A DNA stretch of 63,568 nucleotides, taken from positions 1 through 63,568 of IMG/VR virus record IMGVR_UViG_3300048599_000861; one strand, given 5' to 3'. Shown piece by piece: positions 1 through 6,942 of the stretch. Position 1 is the first letter of the stretch, and the number at the start of each line of letters is the position of its first letter. A program made the translations under genes and the position numbers. Below the pieces are notes generated by a model. The model did no database searches. It saw nothing but the letters and a program-made list of their open reading frames with translations, and was not told the DNA's origin. This stretch comes from a virus (taxonomy: Duplodnaviria > Caudoviricetes).

Positions 1-174
1 ATGCCAGCCACCAAGTACAGGATCGAATGGACGGACGCCGAGGGCCACCGCTACCACGTAACCGCCGACGATTACCAAGCCGCGAACGCGATGTTCGAGG
101 TCTTCAAGGCCGCCAAGATCTGTAAGGCCGAGATGGTCCCGGTAGCGCAGAAACCGGCCCGGAGGGCGAAGTAG
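1..174 (+). CDS. Small hypothetical phage protein (57 aa)
   Basis: ATG at 1, TAG at 172-174, directly abutting the next ATG; phage-like codon usage. Confidence 0.55.
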   Translation: MPATKYRIEWTDAEGHRYHVTADDYQAANAMFEVFKAAKICKAEMVPVAQKPARRAK

Positions 175-426
175 ATGACCGCCGAACTAACCGCCCGACT
201 TGAGCACGCGAAGCGCGAGGTCCTGGCCGACGTGGCAGCCGGAACAGTACCAGCGACGGCAGCAAGCTTCTCCGAACTGCACGACTACGTGGACGCTAAC
301 GGGTACGGCGGGGCTTTCGATGACGACGCGCCAGAGGTGTGGGACGAGGTCCGGAACGAACTGCAGGACGCGCTGGACGCCCGGATTCGCTCGGGGGACA
401 TGGCGCGCGAAGCAGCGTCGCTGTAA
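175..426 (+). CDS. Hypothetical phage protein
   Basis: GGAGG upstream; acidic 83 aa with SFSELHDYVDANGYGG motif. Confidence 0.7.
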   Translation: MTAELTARLEHAKREVLADVAAGTVPATAASFSELHDYVDANGYGGAFDDDAPEVWDEVRNELQDALDARIRSGDMAREAASL

Positions 427-439
427 CTTTTTTCTGGCG

Positions 440-485
440 TGTACGCAATTGCTCCAGTAGATTTGCGTACAAACCACCTTAACCT
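440..485 (+). promoter_or_regulatory. Operator copy 1 (TGTACGCAA-N14-TTGCGTACA) plus -10-like TAACCT
   Basis: Half-sites at 440-448 and 463-471; TAACCT at 480-485; same motif recurs at 4538, 37711, 51632. Confidence 0.75.
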
Positions 486-568
486 TCCAATAGCCGAACC
501 GCACTAGGGGGTACGGCGAACGCGCACACGGCTCCCCGCCAAGACACCCAAACAGGAGAGATGGAAGC

Positions 569-733
569 ATGGAAACGCTTACGACAGAACAGGTAGTCAC
601 GGCGACCGAGGCGTTGCTGATATGCCCGCGCTGCTGCGCCGAGGTCGTCTATACCCGGGACGCAGAGGAGGTCAACTGCCCAGAGTGCGGCGAGTTGATC
701 GCAACGCCCGAGGAGAGCCAATGCCCACAATGA
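569..733 (+). CDS. Small Zn-ribbon protein (54 aa; below ORF-track cutoff)
   Basis: METLTTEQ...CPRC...CPEC...; AGGAG upstream; first gene after operator 1. Confidence 0.6.
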   Translation: METLTTEQVVTATEALLICPRCCAEVVYTRDAEEVNCPECGELIATPEESQCPQ

Positions 734-800
734 ACCTATCCGCCCCCGGTACGACGTACGGGCCATGCCTCTGGTAGGTGGATATCGGTCATCGCCTTGG

Positions 801-1049
801 CTATTCGGATTTGAGTGTGTCTGACGAATCGGAACTCAAGGCCGGATCGGATGTGGTTTTGCAGCGATGACGACGCAGATCAGAAGCACTGAATTCGACA
901 CCACAAGTGGGGCAAGGACGCATGATCTTCGGGCGTCCGCTGCCAGCACCATAGGTGCGCCTTTTAGCGGCGTTGCGCCGTGCCCACTCAGACGTGAGCA
1001 CGGCGTCAGGGATGCTGGCAGGGTCGATGGAATCGGACCACTGACGCAT
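801..1049 (-). CDS. Small basic protein with GRP motif and CxxC...HxC Zn finger; putative DNA-binding autoregulator
   Basis: RRNAAKRRTYGAGSGRPK..CPTC..HRC; coupled to upstream gene; stop codon lies inside the left TIR. Confidence 0.65.
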   Translation of the reverse strand: MRQWSDSIDPASIPDAVLTSEWARRNAAKRRTYGAGSGRPKIMRPCPTCGVEFSASDLRRHRCKTTSDPALSSDSSDTLKSE

Positions 1050-1295
1050 CTACCACACCACCGGATACTGACGGCGGATAGTGTCGCCGTAGATCGTTTC
1101 GCCCTTGGAGAATCCGCTCTCACAACGGATGACCATAGCAGAAGACTGGTTGGGCCGATTGCCGGGGATGCTGACCTTGTGCTGCTTCGCAGCCTTGACC
1201 ACATCGGCTTCAGTGGCATGAGCCGAGTAGACCTTCGTGGTGTTCCGAAAGAATCCGTCTCTGTCGATCACGGCGAATTGTTTGTTGTTTTCCAT
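1050..1295 (-). CDS. Hypothetical 81-aa passenger protein, probably leaderless
   Basis: ATG 6 nt downstream of a consensus-like -10; lower GC than flanks. Confidence 0.7.
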   Translation of the reverse strand: MENNKQFAVIDRDGFFRNTTKVYSAHATEADVVKAAKQHKVSIPGNRPNQSSAMVIRCESGFSKGETIYGDTIRRQYPVVW

Positions 1296-1301
1296 GACCT
1301 A

Positions 1302-1330
1302 ATCATAAAACAGCTAGCTGTTAAATGCAA
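1302..1330 (-). promoter_or_regulatory. Sigma70 promoter TTGCAT-N17-TATGAT with a 14-bp palindromic operator in the spacer
   Basis: -35 at 1330-1325, -10 at 1307-1302; perfect palindrome AACAGCTAGCTGTT at 1309-1322. Confidence 0.8.
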
Positions 1331-1439
1331 GAACTAAGCGACACACTCAAATCCGAAAATCCATCGCCTTTTCATCGAAGAAATCTTTCAGGAATAAGCA
1401 GATTCGACTTGATGAGCGCGGGCTTCAGAGTGATTAATC

Positions 1440-1676
1440 GTGTCAATGAAGAGCATAAACCAACTCGCACAAGAAGAAGGCGATAGCAGCCGGAACGAAG
1501 CCAACCGCATTCGGGAACGCGAAAGTGCCATTCGCAGCGCTTGGCGCCAGATCGCCTTCAACACCAACCGCCGCCCCGCAGCCAAGGAGATCGCGGAGCA
1601 GACCAGCCTGCCCGAGAACTACGTACGGGTGGTTTGCGAGAGGAACGGAGACCTCCTACAGGAGGACGCGCAATAA
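1440..1676 (+). CDS. Hypothetical protein with possible C-terminal HTH
   Basis: PAAKEIAEQTSLPENYVRVV resembles an HTH; true start may be 1446. Confidence 0.55.
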   Translation: MSMKSINQLAQEEGDSSRNEANRIRERESAIRSAWRQIAFNTNRRPAAKEIAEQTSLPENYVRVVCERNGDLLQEDAQ

Positions 1677-1679
1677 GAT

Positions 1680-1748
1680 GCCCCGCTGGGCGGCGCGCGC
1701 CGCACAGCCCTGCTCGAAGAGTTGGGGCCGAAACCGCAAGGTCGCAGG
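1680..1748 (+). ncRNA. Putative variant type I hammerhead ribozyme
   Basis: Stem I CCTGC/GCAGG; core TCGAAGA (consensus CUGANGA); GAAA; stem III ACC-GCAA-GGT; GTC cleavage triplet; loop II TGGGGC can pair with GCCCCG at 1680-1685. Confidence 0.4.
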
Positions 1749-1766
1749 AAAAGGAGAGACACAACG

Positions 1767-2330
1767 ATGTTCTTCACAATCGATACCGACAACGAGATCG
1801 TAGCGCACGAAACCGCTCCGGCCGCGACGGATGGCGTGCTGGTCTTCTCGACCGAGAAGGAACTCATCAAGGCCACCGCCGAGTGGCCGATGGGCCGGAT
1901 GGTGGATACCTGGAACGGGTTCGCGGGCGTGGCCGGCGCCTTCGGCGACCTGAAGCCGGTGAAGAAGTTCATGGACCGCCCGACCGCGATCAAGCGGATC
2001 TGGAAAGCCCTCCAGCGCCTCGCCGACGAAGTGCGTAAGGCCGCCGCCCAGAAACCGCCCAAGCCGAAGGCCGCGAAACCGGCGAACACCAAGACCCCAG
2101 GCGACGCCAGCGCCAAGCCCGCCCCGCGCGAGGGAACGCACAAGGCCAAGATCATCGAATTACTGAAGCGCGATGGCGGCGTAACGCTCGACGAGATCGT
2201 GGCCGAGACCGGCTGGCAGAAGCACACGATCCGGGCCTTCGTGAGCACGCTGCCCAAGAAGACCGGGCTGCAGATCACAAGCACCCGCCGCGAGAGCGAC
2301 AAGGCGCGGGTTTACGGGGTGGCGCAGTAA
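1767..2330 (+). CDS. DUF3489 domain (winged-helix) protein
   Basis: C-terminal PREGTHKAKIIELLKRDGGVTLDEIVAETGWQKHTIRAFVS signature; AAGGAG RBS. Confidence 0.85.
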   Translation: MFFTIDTDNEIVAHETAPAATDGVLVFSTEKELIKATAEWPMGRMVDTWNGFAGVAGAFGDLKPVKKFMDRPTAIKRIWKALQRLADEVRKAAAQKPPKPKAAKPANTKTPGDASAKPAPREGTHKAKIIELLKRDGGVTLDEIVAETGWQKHTIRAFVSTLPKKTGLQITSTRRESDKARVYGVAQ

Positions 2331-2554
2331 TGGGCTGCAACCTGCAAGGCCAAGTCGAGTTCTGGCAGGCACTATTCGTGCTGCTATCAATCGCCACCCT
2401 CGCGGTCCTGGCGGTGCCAGCATTCGCGGATCGGGTGGCGCGCTGGCTCCACGCGCACTCGATCGCACTCACCGCGTTGTACAAGGTCATGCGCGCCGCC
2501 ATCCGCGCGTACCGGCGAATTCACCAGACGGTGATGGAGGAGACGGCCCAATGA
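2330..2554 (+). CDS. Small membrane protein
   Basis: Hydrophobic segment FWQALFVLLSIATLAVLAVPAF; TAATG coupling. Confidence 0.55.
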   Translation: MGCNLQGQVEFWQALFVLLSIATLAVLAVPAFADRVARWLHAHSIALTALYKVMRAAIRAYRRIHQTVMEETAQ

Positions 2555-3141
2555 CGAGCGAAACCAACGCGGGGATGCCGGCGGAAGCCGGCACCCCCGA
2601 TCCGAGGCCGAGGCGCGGCAGGCGCGCGAAGACGGACGCGCCCAATCCGAAACCGAAGATCACTCTTCTCACCAACATCAACTTCATCCGACACGGCGAC
2701 TTTCGGTTCGAGTGCCACGCACTCCTCATCGAAGAGAATCATAAGAGCCTGTTCGAGCCCGTCACCCAGATCCGCGGGTTCGGTACAACCGGCTGCGCCC
2801 CGACATTCACGCGCTGGATGAAGGTTGGCGTGCAGTTTGCGCTCGACGACGCGGATAGTCGGCAATCGGCGGTTATGATCGGGGAGAGCGGAAACGCGCG
2901 GCCGATCTTTCAGGGGTGCATGCTCAGATTCGACGATGGCCAGGAGTACTTCCTTCAGATCCACAACGAGCGCTTCCCACTCGACCTGGTGGATGTGACG
3001 CAATACGAGCGCGACTACCTGCGCATCTGGGACATCCTGGAACAAAAAGTCGAGGAGTACTGGCCCGAGCACCAGCGGATGCCGCGCAACGATTGGGGAC
3101 CGCCTCTCAGGAGAAAGAAAACGGCGGGAGGAACCCAATGA
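2551..3141 (+). CDS. Hypothetical protein
   Basis: ATGA overlap, GGAGG RBS, 196 aa. Confidence 0.65.
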   Translation: MTSETNAGMPAEAGTPDPRPRRGRRAKTDAPNPKPKITLLTNINFIRHGDFRFECHALLIEENHKSLFEPVTQIRGFGTTGCAPTFTRWMKVGVQFALDDADSRQSAVMIGESGNARPIFQGCMLRFDDGQEYFLQIHNERFPLDLVDVTQYERDYLRIWDILEQKVEEYWPEHQRMPRNDWGPPLRRKKTAGGTQ

Positions 3142-3362
3142 TGCGCCTTCGTCTTCGGTTCGCCCTCCGCTGCCCAAAGCATCGTAGGTTCAACCCAGAC
3201 CAGGGCCGCGGCGCGGTCAAGGCCGGCTGTACAGCCTGCCAGGACCTCTGCGCCATTTACTCGCTCGCCCAGCAGGTGTTAGAACGGGTGAAGTACTTCG
3301 AGCATGACTATGCGCCCAGGGAAGTCGGCCCGTTGGCCGATAAGGAAGTAGGACTGGCATGA
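3138..3362 (+). CDS. Hypothetical Cys/His-rich protein
   Basis: ATGA overlap; CPKH...CTAC. Confidence 0.6.
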   Translation: MMRLRLRFALRCPKHRRFNPDQGRGAVKAGCTACQDLCAIYSLAQQVLERVKYFEHDYAPREVGPLADKEVGLA

Positions 3363-3706
3363 ATCCGCTCATCATCGCGATAGTCCTTGCAGCCGGCCAA
3401 CAACAACCGCCGGCGGCACCGCCTTCCGACTTCAAGATCGAGCTATGGGCCATGACCGCGGCGCGCCACCAGTGGCCCTCGGTGCCTGAACCGGCCCCCG
3501 CGAAGCAAGCGGTGCCTGTGGCCACCGCACCACCCAAGGACCATCGGACACCCGAGCAGAAGGCGTCCGACGACAGACTCCTGGCGGATTACAGCGCGCT
3601 GGTCGCCCGTTGCGGTACCGGGCGTGTCATTCTGGATAAAGCCTCCGGGTTCTACGTGCCCGAATTGAAGTGCGACGGCAAAGATGGGAAACAAGCACAT
3701 CGATGA
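3359..3706 (+). CDS. Hypothetical exported protein
   Basis: N-terminal hydrophobic MNPLIIAIVLAAG followed by a Pro-rich linker; two Cys. Confidence 0.55.
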   Translation: MNPLIIAIVLAAGQQQPPAAPPSDFKIELWAMTAARHQWPSVPEPAPAKQAVPVATAPPKDHRTPEQKASDDRLLADYSALVARCGTGRVILDKASGFYVPELKCDGKDGKQAHR

Positions 3707-3962
3707 CGACTCCCTCGAAGCCTACAGCCTGGGACGCCTCTCCGAATACAGGGCGGCGCCGGTAGAGGAGCATCTCCTCATCTGCGCCGCATGCCGCGCC
3801 CGCCTCGTCGGTTGGGATCGGTACCTCGCTGGCATGAAGACCGTTCTCCGTAAGCTCGCCCGCCTCAAGCCCCGCCACCTGACCGCCCGACCGCCTGACG
3901 TTTCCCCCAGGTCCCACGCTACAGCAGCCCCGTGCGCGCCGTGTGGCCGCGTGTTCGCCTGA
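3684..3962 (+). CDS. Stand-alone zf-HC2 (zinc anti-sigma, ZAS) domain protein
   Basis: HIDDDSLEAYSLGRLS....VEEHLLICAAC = HxxxCxxC ZAS motif. Confidence 0.75.
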   Translation: MGNKHIDDDSLEAYSLGRLSEYRAAPVEEHLLICAACRARLVGWDRYLAGMKTVLRKLARLKPRHLTARPPDVSPRSHATAAPCAPCGRVFA

Positions 3963-4129
3963 GCGCCCCAAGGTCGGGTAGTTCACCCCGGCCCGCGACC
4001 TGGCGCACCTATCGCCACGTACGGCAAGGCGCGCGGTCTGCCGTCTTTCTCCACAGGGCGAGGTTCCACGCGCCCCCCTATTAAGGGCCTAAAATCTAGG
4101 TCCGGTGATGAATCTTGTTCTCGCGTGGT

Positions 4130-4450
4130 CCCAGTCTGGATTCTATCTCTTGCGTTTTCAGTCACTTATAGCCTTTTAGGCATATTTAGCCGTGCTCCGG
4201 GTTATGACTAAATACGCTAAGTGTAGCTGTGTCAAATAGATAGCTGCGATTACATGCTCGTTTTTTAGCCGTTTAGCCGTGTGGTTGGACGTCTCCGTCG
4301 TCTTCTCTATGGAATTCGCTAAATGACTAAAAATCTCCTGTAAGTCTTTTGGAATGAAACAGCTACAGCGATAGTCACAGAACTATGGCCGCTAAATCCT
4401 GTCCTGTATAGGAATAAATTACTGAAAACACGGGACTTATCACAACTAAA
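4130..4450. repeat. AT-rich intergenic region with convergent iteron-like repeats; candidate replication origin
   Basis: TTTAGCCGT at 4185, 4264, 4272; reverse-oriented (CG/GA/AA)CTAAA at 4206, 4317, 4325, 4390, 4444; IHF-like motifs; marked GC drop. Confidence 0.5.
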
Positions 4451-4537
4451 AGCGGGGCGCGCGCCGGTGGGTGCCATGACGGGCCGGTTTTGGGCGGCTG
4501 GCGAGCGCGCCACTATAGGAAGGGCACACCGCGCACT

Positions 4538-4583
4538 TGTACGCAAAGTCTTGTGCGCCTTTGCGTACAGATTCTTCTATACT
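4538..4583 (+). promoter_or_regulatory. Operator copy 2 plus -10 TATACT (candidate late-operon promoter)
   Basis: TGTACGCAA 4538-4546, N14, TTGCGTACA 4561-4569, TATACT 4578-4583. Confidence 0.75.
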
Positions 4584-4656
4584 TGGATCGTCTCGCGCCT
4601 TGCGGGGGCGCTTTATAGTCCCACGGGTTGACACAAAAACCCGCCCGCCAACCTCG

Positions 4657-5028
4657 ATGCCCGATCCACGCCCAAAAAACGAATTCGCGCCACGCGTACA
4701 GGTGGTCTCGCCGACTGGCGAGCACGTCTTCACGGTTCACGCCGAGGAGGCCGCCAATATGGTCCGGGCCGGTAAAGCCCGCAAGACCCGCGAGGGCCGG
4801 CGCGTTGCCGTGATCGCGCTTACGAGGTCGCTAGCGAATGAGGAGCGGTCGCCTTGCTCGCGCCCGTCCATTCGCCAGTTTATGGGCCAGAGCTACACGT
4901 ACCGGAGGGCGCTGAAAGAAGGGGACGAGATCGTCGCGTACACGACGGAGTTCAAGTACATCGATCCTCGCGACCGAGCGATCTTCCTGTTGAGCGTTAC
5001 CGATTGCATGAAGCAGGCGGCGGCGTAA
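4657..5028 (+). CDS. Hypothetical protein
   Basis: First ORF after operator 2; ATG at 4657 chosen within the track ORF 4537..5028. Confidence 0.6.
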   Translation: MPDPRPKNEFAPRVQVVSPTGEHVFTVHAEEAANMVRAGKARKTREGRRVAVIALTRSLANEERSPCSRPSIRQFMGQSYTYRRALKEGDEIVAYTTEFKYIDPRDRAIFLLSVTDCMKQAAA

Positions 5029-5311
5029 AGGGGCTTCTTGGTTGACGTTTGGCACGTTTGTTGAGGGGAGGCGGGCGTTGGGCTCCTTGGGCGCCCGCCA
5101 AATTTCATGAAGGCAGAAGAAACCCGCCGCGGCGGGGCATGGATAGCGCGCGAACGCGGCGCAAACGAAATCGAACCGCCAACCGAATCGATCATGCCCC
5201 CGAAGCCGCCTGCAACTGCGCCGCTGTTTGAGCACGCCAGGATTCATCCCGGAGCGGTCCTCGTGATGGCGACGGTCTGCGAGGTAAGCATCACGGAGTT
5301 CGTTCATCGCT

Positions 5312-6166
5312 ATGCCTGAAATCGACTGGACCAAGATCGACACCCTTCGGGCGTCGCTTGCCACCCCACGCTTACGCGTGAACCAGGCAGTCGATGACGA
5401 AGTGAAGTTCATCGAGTACGACTTCAACGACAAGAAGCGCTTTCCCCGGCCCCCAAGCCAGGTCGAGCTCACCCACCTAACCGACCTCCAGTACGGAAGC
5501 AAGAACTTCCAGGAAGACCGCTTCCTCGCCTATCGCGAGTGGATGCTGGCCAGCCCGAATCGCTTCGCATTTCTGGGCGGCGACATCATCGACGCCGCGA
5601 CCGTCCTTAGCATCGCAAGCCCCTACGAGAATAACGGCGAGCCTATCGCCCAGGTGCGTGGTATCTGTAAGCTCCTGGAACCATTAGCCTCGCGCGGTCG
5701 CATCCTGGGCTACGTCGGCGGCAACCACGAGCGGCGCACAGCAAAGACCTTTGGGGATTCTGGCTCGCTTATCGCCGAGCGCCTGCAGGTCCCGTACTCC
5801 CGCGGCGTGCAACTGATCGATATCCAGTTCGGCGACCACAAACCGTTCAAGGTCTCGCTGTGGCACGGCTGTGGTTCAGCCCGGACGAAAGGCGCGAAGG
5901 CCCAGATGGTGCACCGCTTCATGCAGCAGGCGGATTCGCACGTCTATCTGGTCGGCCACCTTCACGACGTCGTGCTGCTGTTCGATTGGCGTCAGCAACG
6001 CACTGGCGGCCACATCAAACTCCAGAAGATCGCCGGCATCATGAGCTCGAGTTTCCAGGGCTACTGGAACTCGTACGCCGAGGTAGCAGCGATGTCGCCC
6101 AGCGACACGATGATGGCGCGCGTGATCCTGGAGCACAACGGGAAGTGGGAGGTAACGCTTCGGTGA
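5312..6166 (+). CDS. Calcineurin-like metallophosphoesterase
   Basis: Motifs TDLQYG, GGDIID, GGNHE, WHG, GHLH. Confidence 0.88.
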   Translation: MPEIDWTKIDTLRASLATPRLRVNQAVDDEVKFIEYDFNDKKRFPRPPSQVELTHLTDLQYGSKNFQEDRFLAYREWMLASPNRFAFLGGDIIDAATVLSIASPYENNGEPIAQVRGICKLLEPLASRGRILGYVGGNHERRTAKTFGDSGSLIAERLQVPYSRGVQLIDIQFGDHKPFKVSLWHGCGSARTKGAKAQMVHRFMQQADSHVYLVGHLHDVVLLFDWRQQRTGGHIKLQKIAGIMSSSFQGYWNSYAEVAAMSPSDTMMARVILEHNGKWEVTLR

Positions 6167-6411
6167 AGAAGATTGGTTCATCGTGGGACGCTATCGACGC
6201 GCTGCGCACCAAGGCGAGCATGGTCGCCGACGATGTGCCTGCGAACGCGTTCAGCGTTAACGAGTACGCAAAGCGGTATCGCCTCATCTACTCGACAGCG
6301 GTGCAGCAGGTCGCCCGCTTGGTTGCGGTTGGGGCGCTCAAAACAGGAAAGCGGATGGGTGTGGATGCTCACGGTCGCGCCCGCCTCATGAAGGTTTACT
6401 GGCCAGCATGA
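6163..6411 (+). CDS. Small winged-helix-like protein
   Basis: GTGA overlap, GGAGG RBS; FSVNEYAKRYRLIYSTAVQQVARLVAVGAL. Confidence 0.6.
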   Translation: MKKIGSSWDAIDALRTKASMVADDVPANAFSVNEYAKRYRLIYSTAVQQVARLVAVGALKTGKRMGVDAHGRARLMKVYWPA

Positions 6412-6851
6412 ACCAACGATTCGAGGAGGCGCTTCGATGCCAAGCTTCTGGTAGGACGGATGGGAAGACGATCCCATTGACTGCTTCGACCAAATCTGCG
6501 GCCACGCCAGCCAGCGACGCCGCGATTCGGGACGGCTGGCCGCAGTTCGCCGCGAACGTTCGAAGCAGGCTCGAGGTCGGGGCGCGCGCGTACGGTGATG
6601 CGTCGTTCGAACTGCCCGCTGGTCGCCTTGCTGTCGAGATCGAGCAGGAGTTGCTCGACGTAATGGGGTGGGGCTTCATCCTGTGGTCGCGCATCCAGGC
6701 GCTCAAGGGGAAACTGGTGGCGCTGGAGGCTGCGGCGCGGCCCGCCACGGACGCGCCGGGCACGCTTCAGCCGGTCGGAGGCGACTGGCGGAATGGATCG
6801 AGCCATGCTGCACAGCAATCCTCGGTCCAAACGGGTCCTCCCTGGGGGTAA
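6408..6851 (+). CDS. Hypothetical protein, MazG-like/all-alpha NTP pyrophosphohydrolase-like core
   Basis: RLEVGARAYG...EIEQELLD; resembles the frameshifted gene at 47665. Confidence 0.5.
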   Translation: MNQRFEEALRCQASGRTDGKTIPLTASTKSAATPASDAAIRDGWPQFAANVRSRLEVGARAYGDASFELPAGRLAVEIEQELLDVMGWGFILWSRIQALKGKLVALEAAARPATDAPGTLQPVGGDWRNGSSHAAQQSSVQTGPPWG

Positions 6852-6933
6852 ACGCGGGCGGGTGGTAAGGTAGCACGCTTGCGCTAGTGTCCAGTCAAAT
6901 TCCGGGGTTTCAGTTTCAGTTTCAGCGGTTTCC
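6833..6933 (+). other. Putative cos packaging site (cosQ-like GGGTCCT, cosN region, cosB-like repeats)
   Basis: GGGTCCT at 6833-6839 is identical to lambda cosQ; GC-rich segment follows; GTTTCA x3 at 6907-6924; upstream of a GpA-type terminase. Confidence 0.6.
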
Positions 6934-6942
6934 ACAACCAAG

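Larger units (their letters stand above)
799..1362. mobile_element. Non-autonomous TIR element (MITE / mobile insertion cassette, IS1595-like ends) with two passenger genes
   Basis: Left end GGCTATTCGGATTTGAGTGTGTC (799-821) and right end GACACACTCAAATCCGAAAATCC (1340-1362) are inverted repeats matching 21/23; direct repeat ATCGCCTT at 791-798 and 1363-1370; no transposase inside. Confidence 0.85.

Noticed and set aside
1-800. Left attachment site
   Set aside because: No copy of the tRNA-Pro 3' sequence found; phage-like genes continue to base 1
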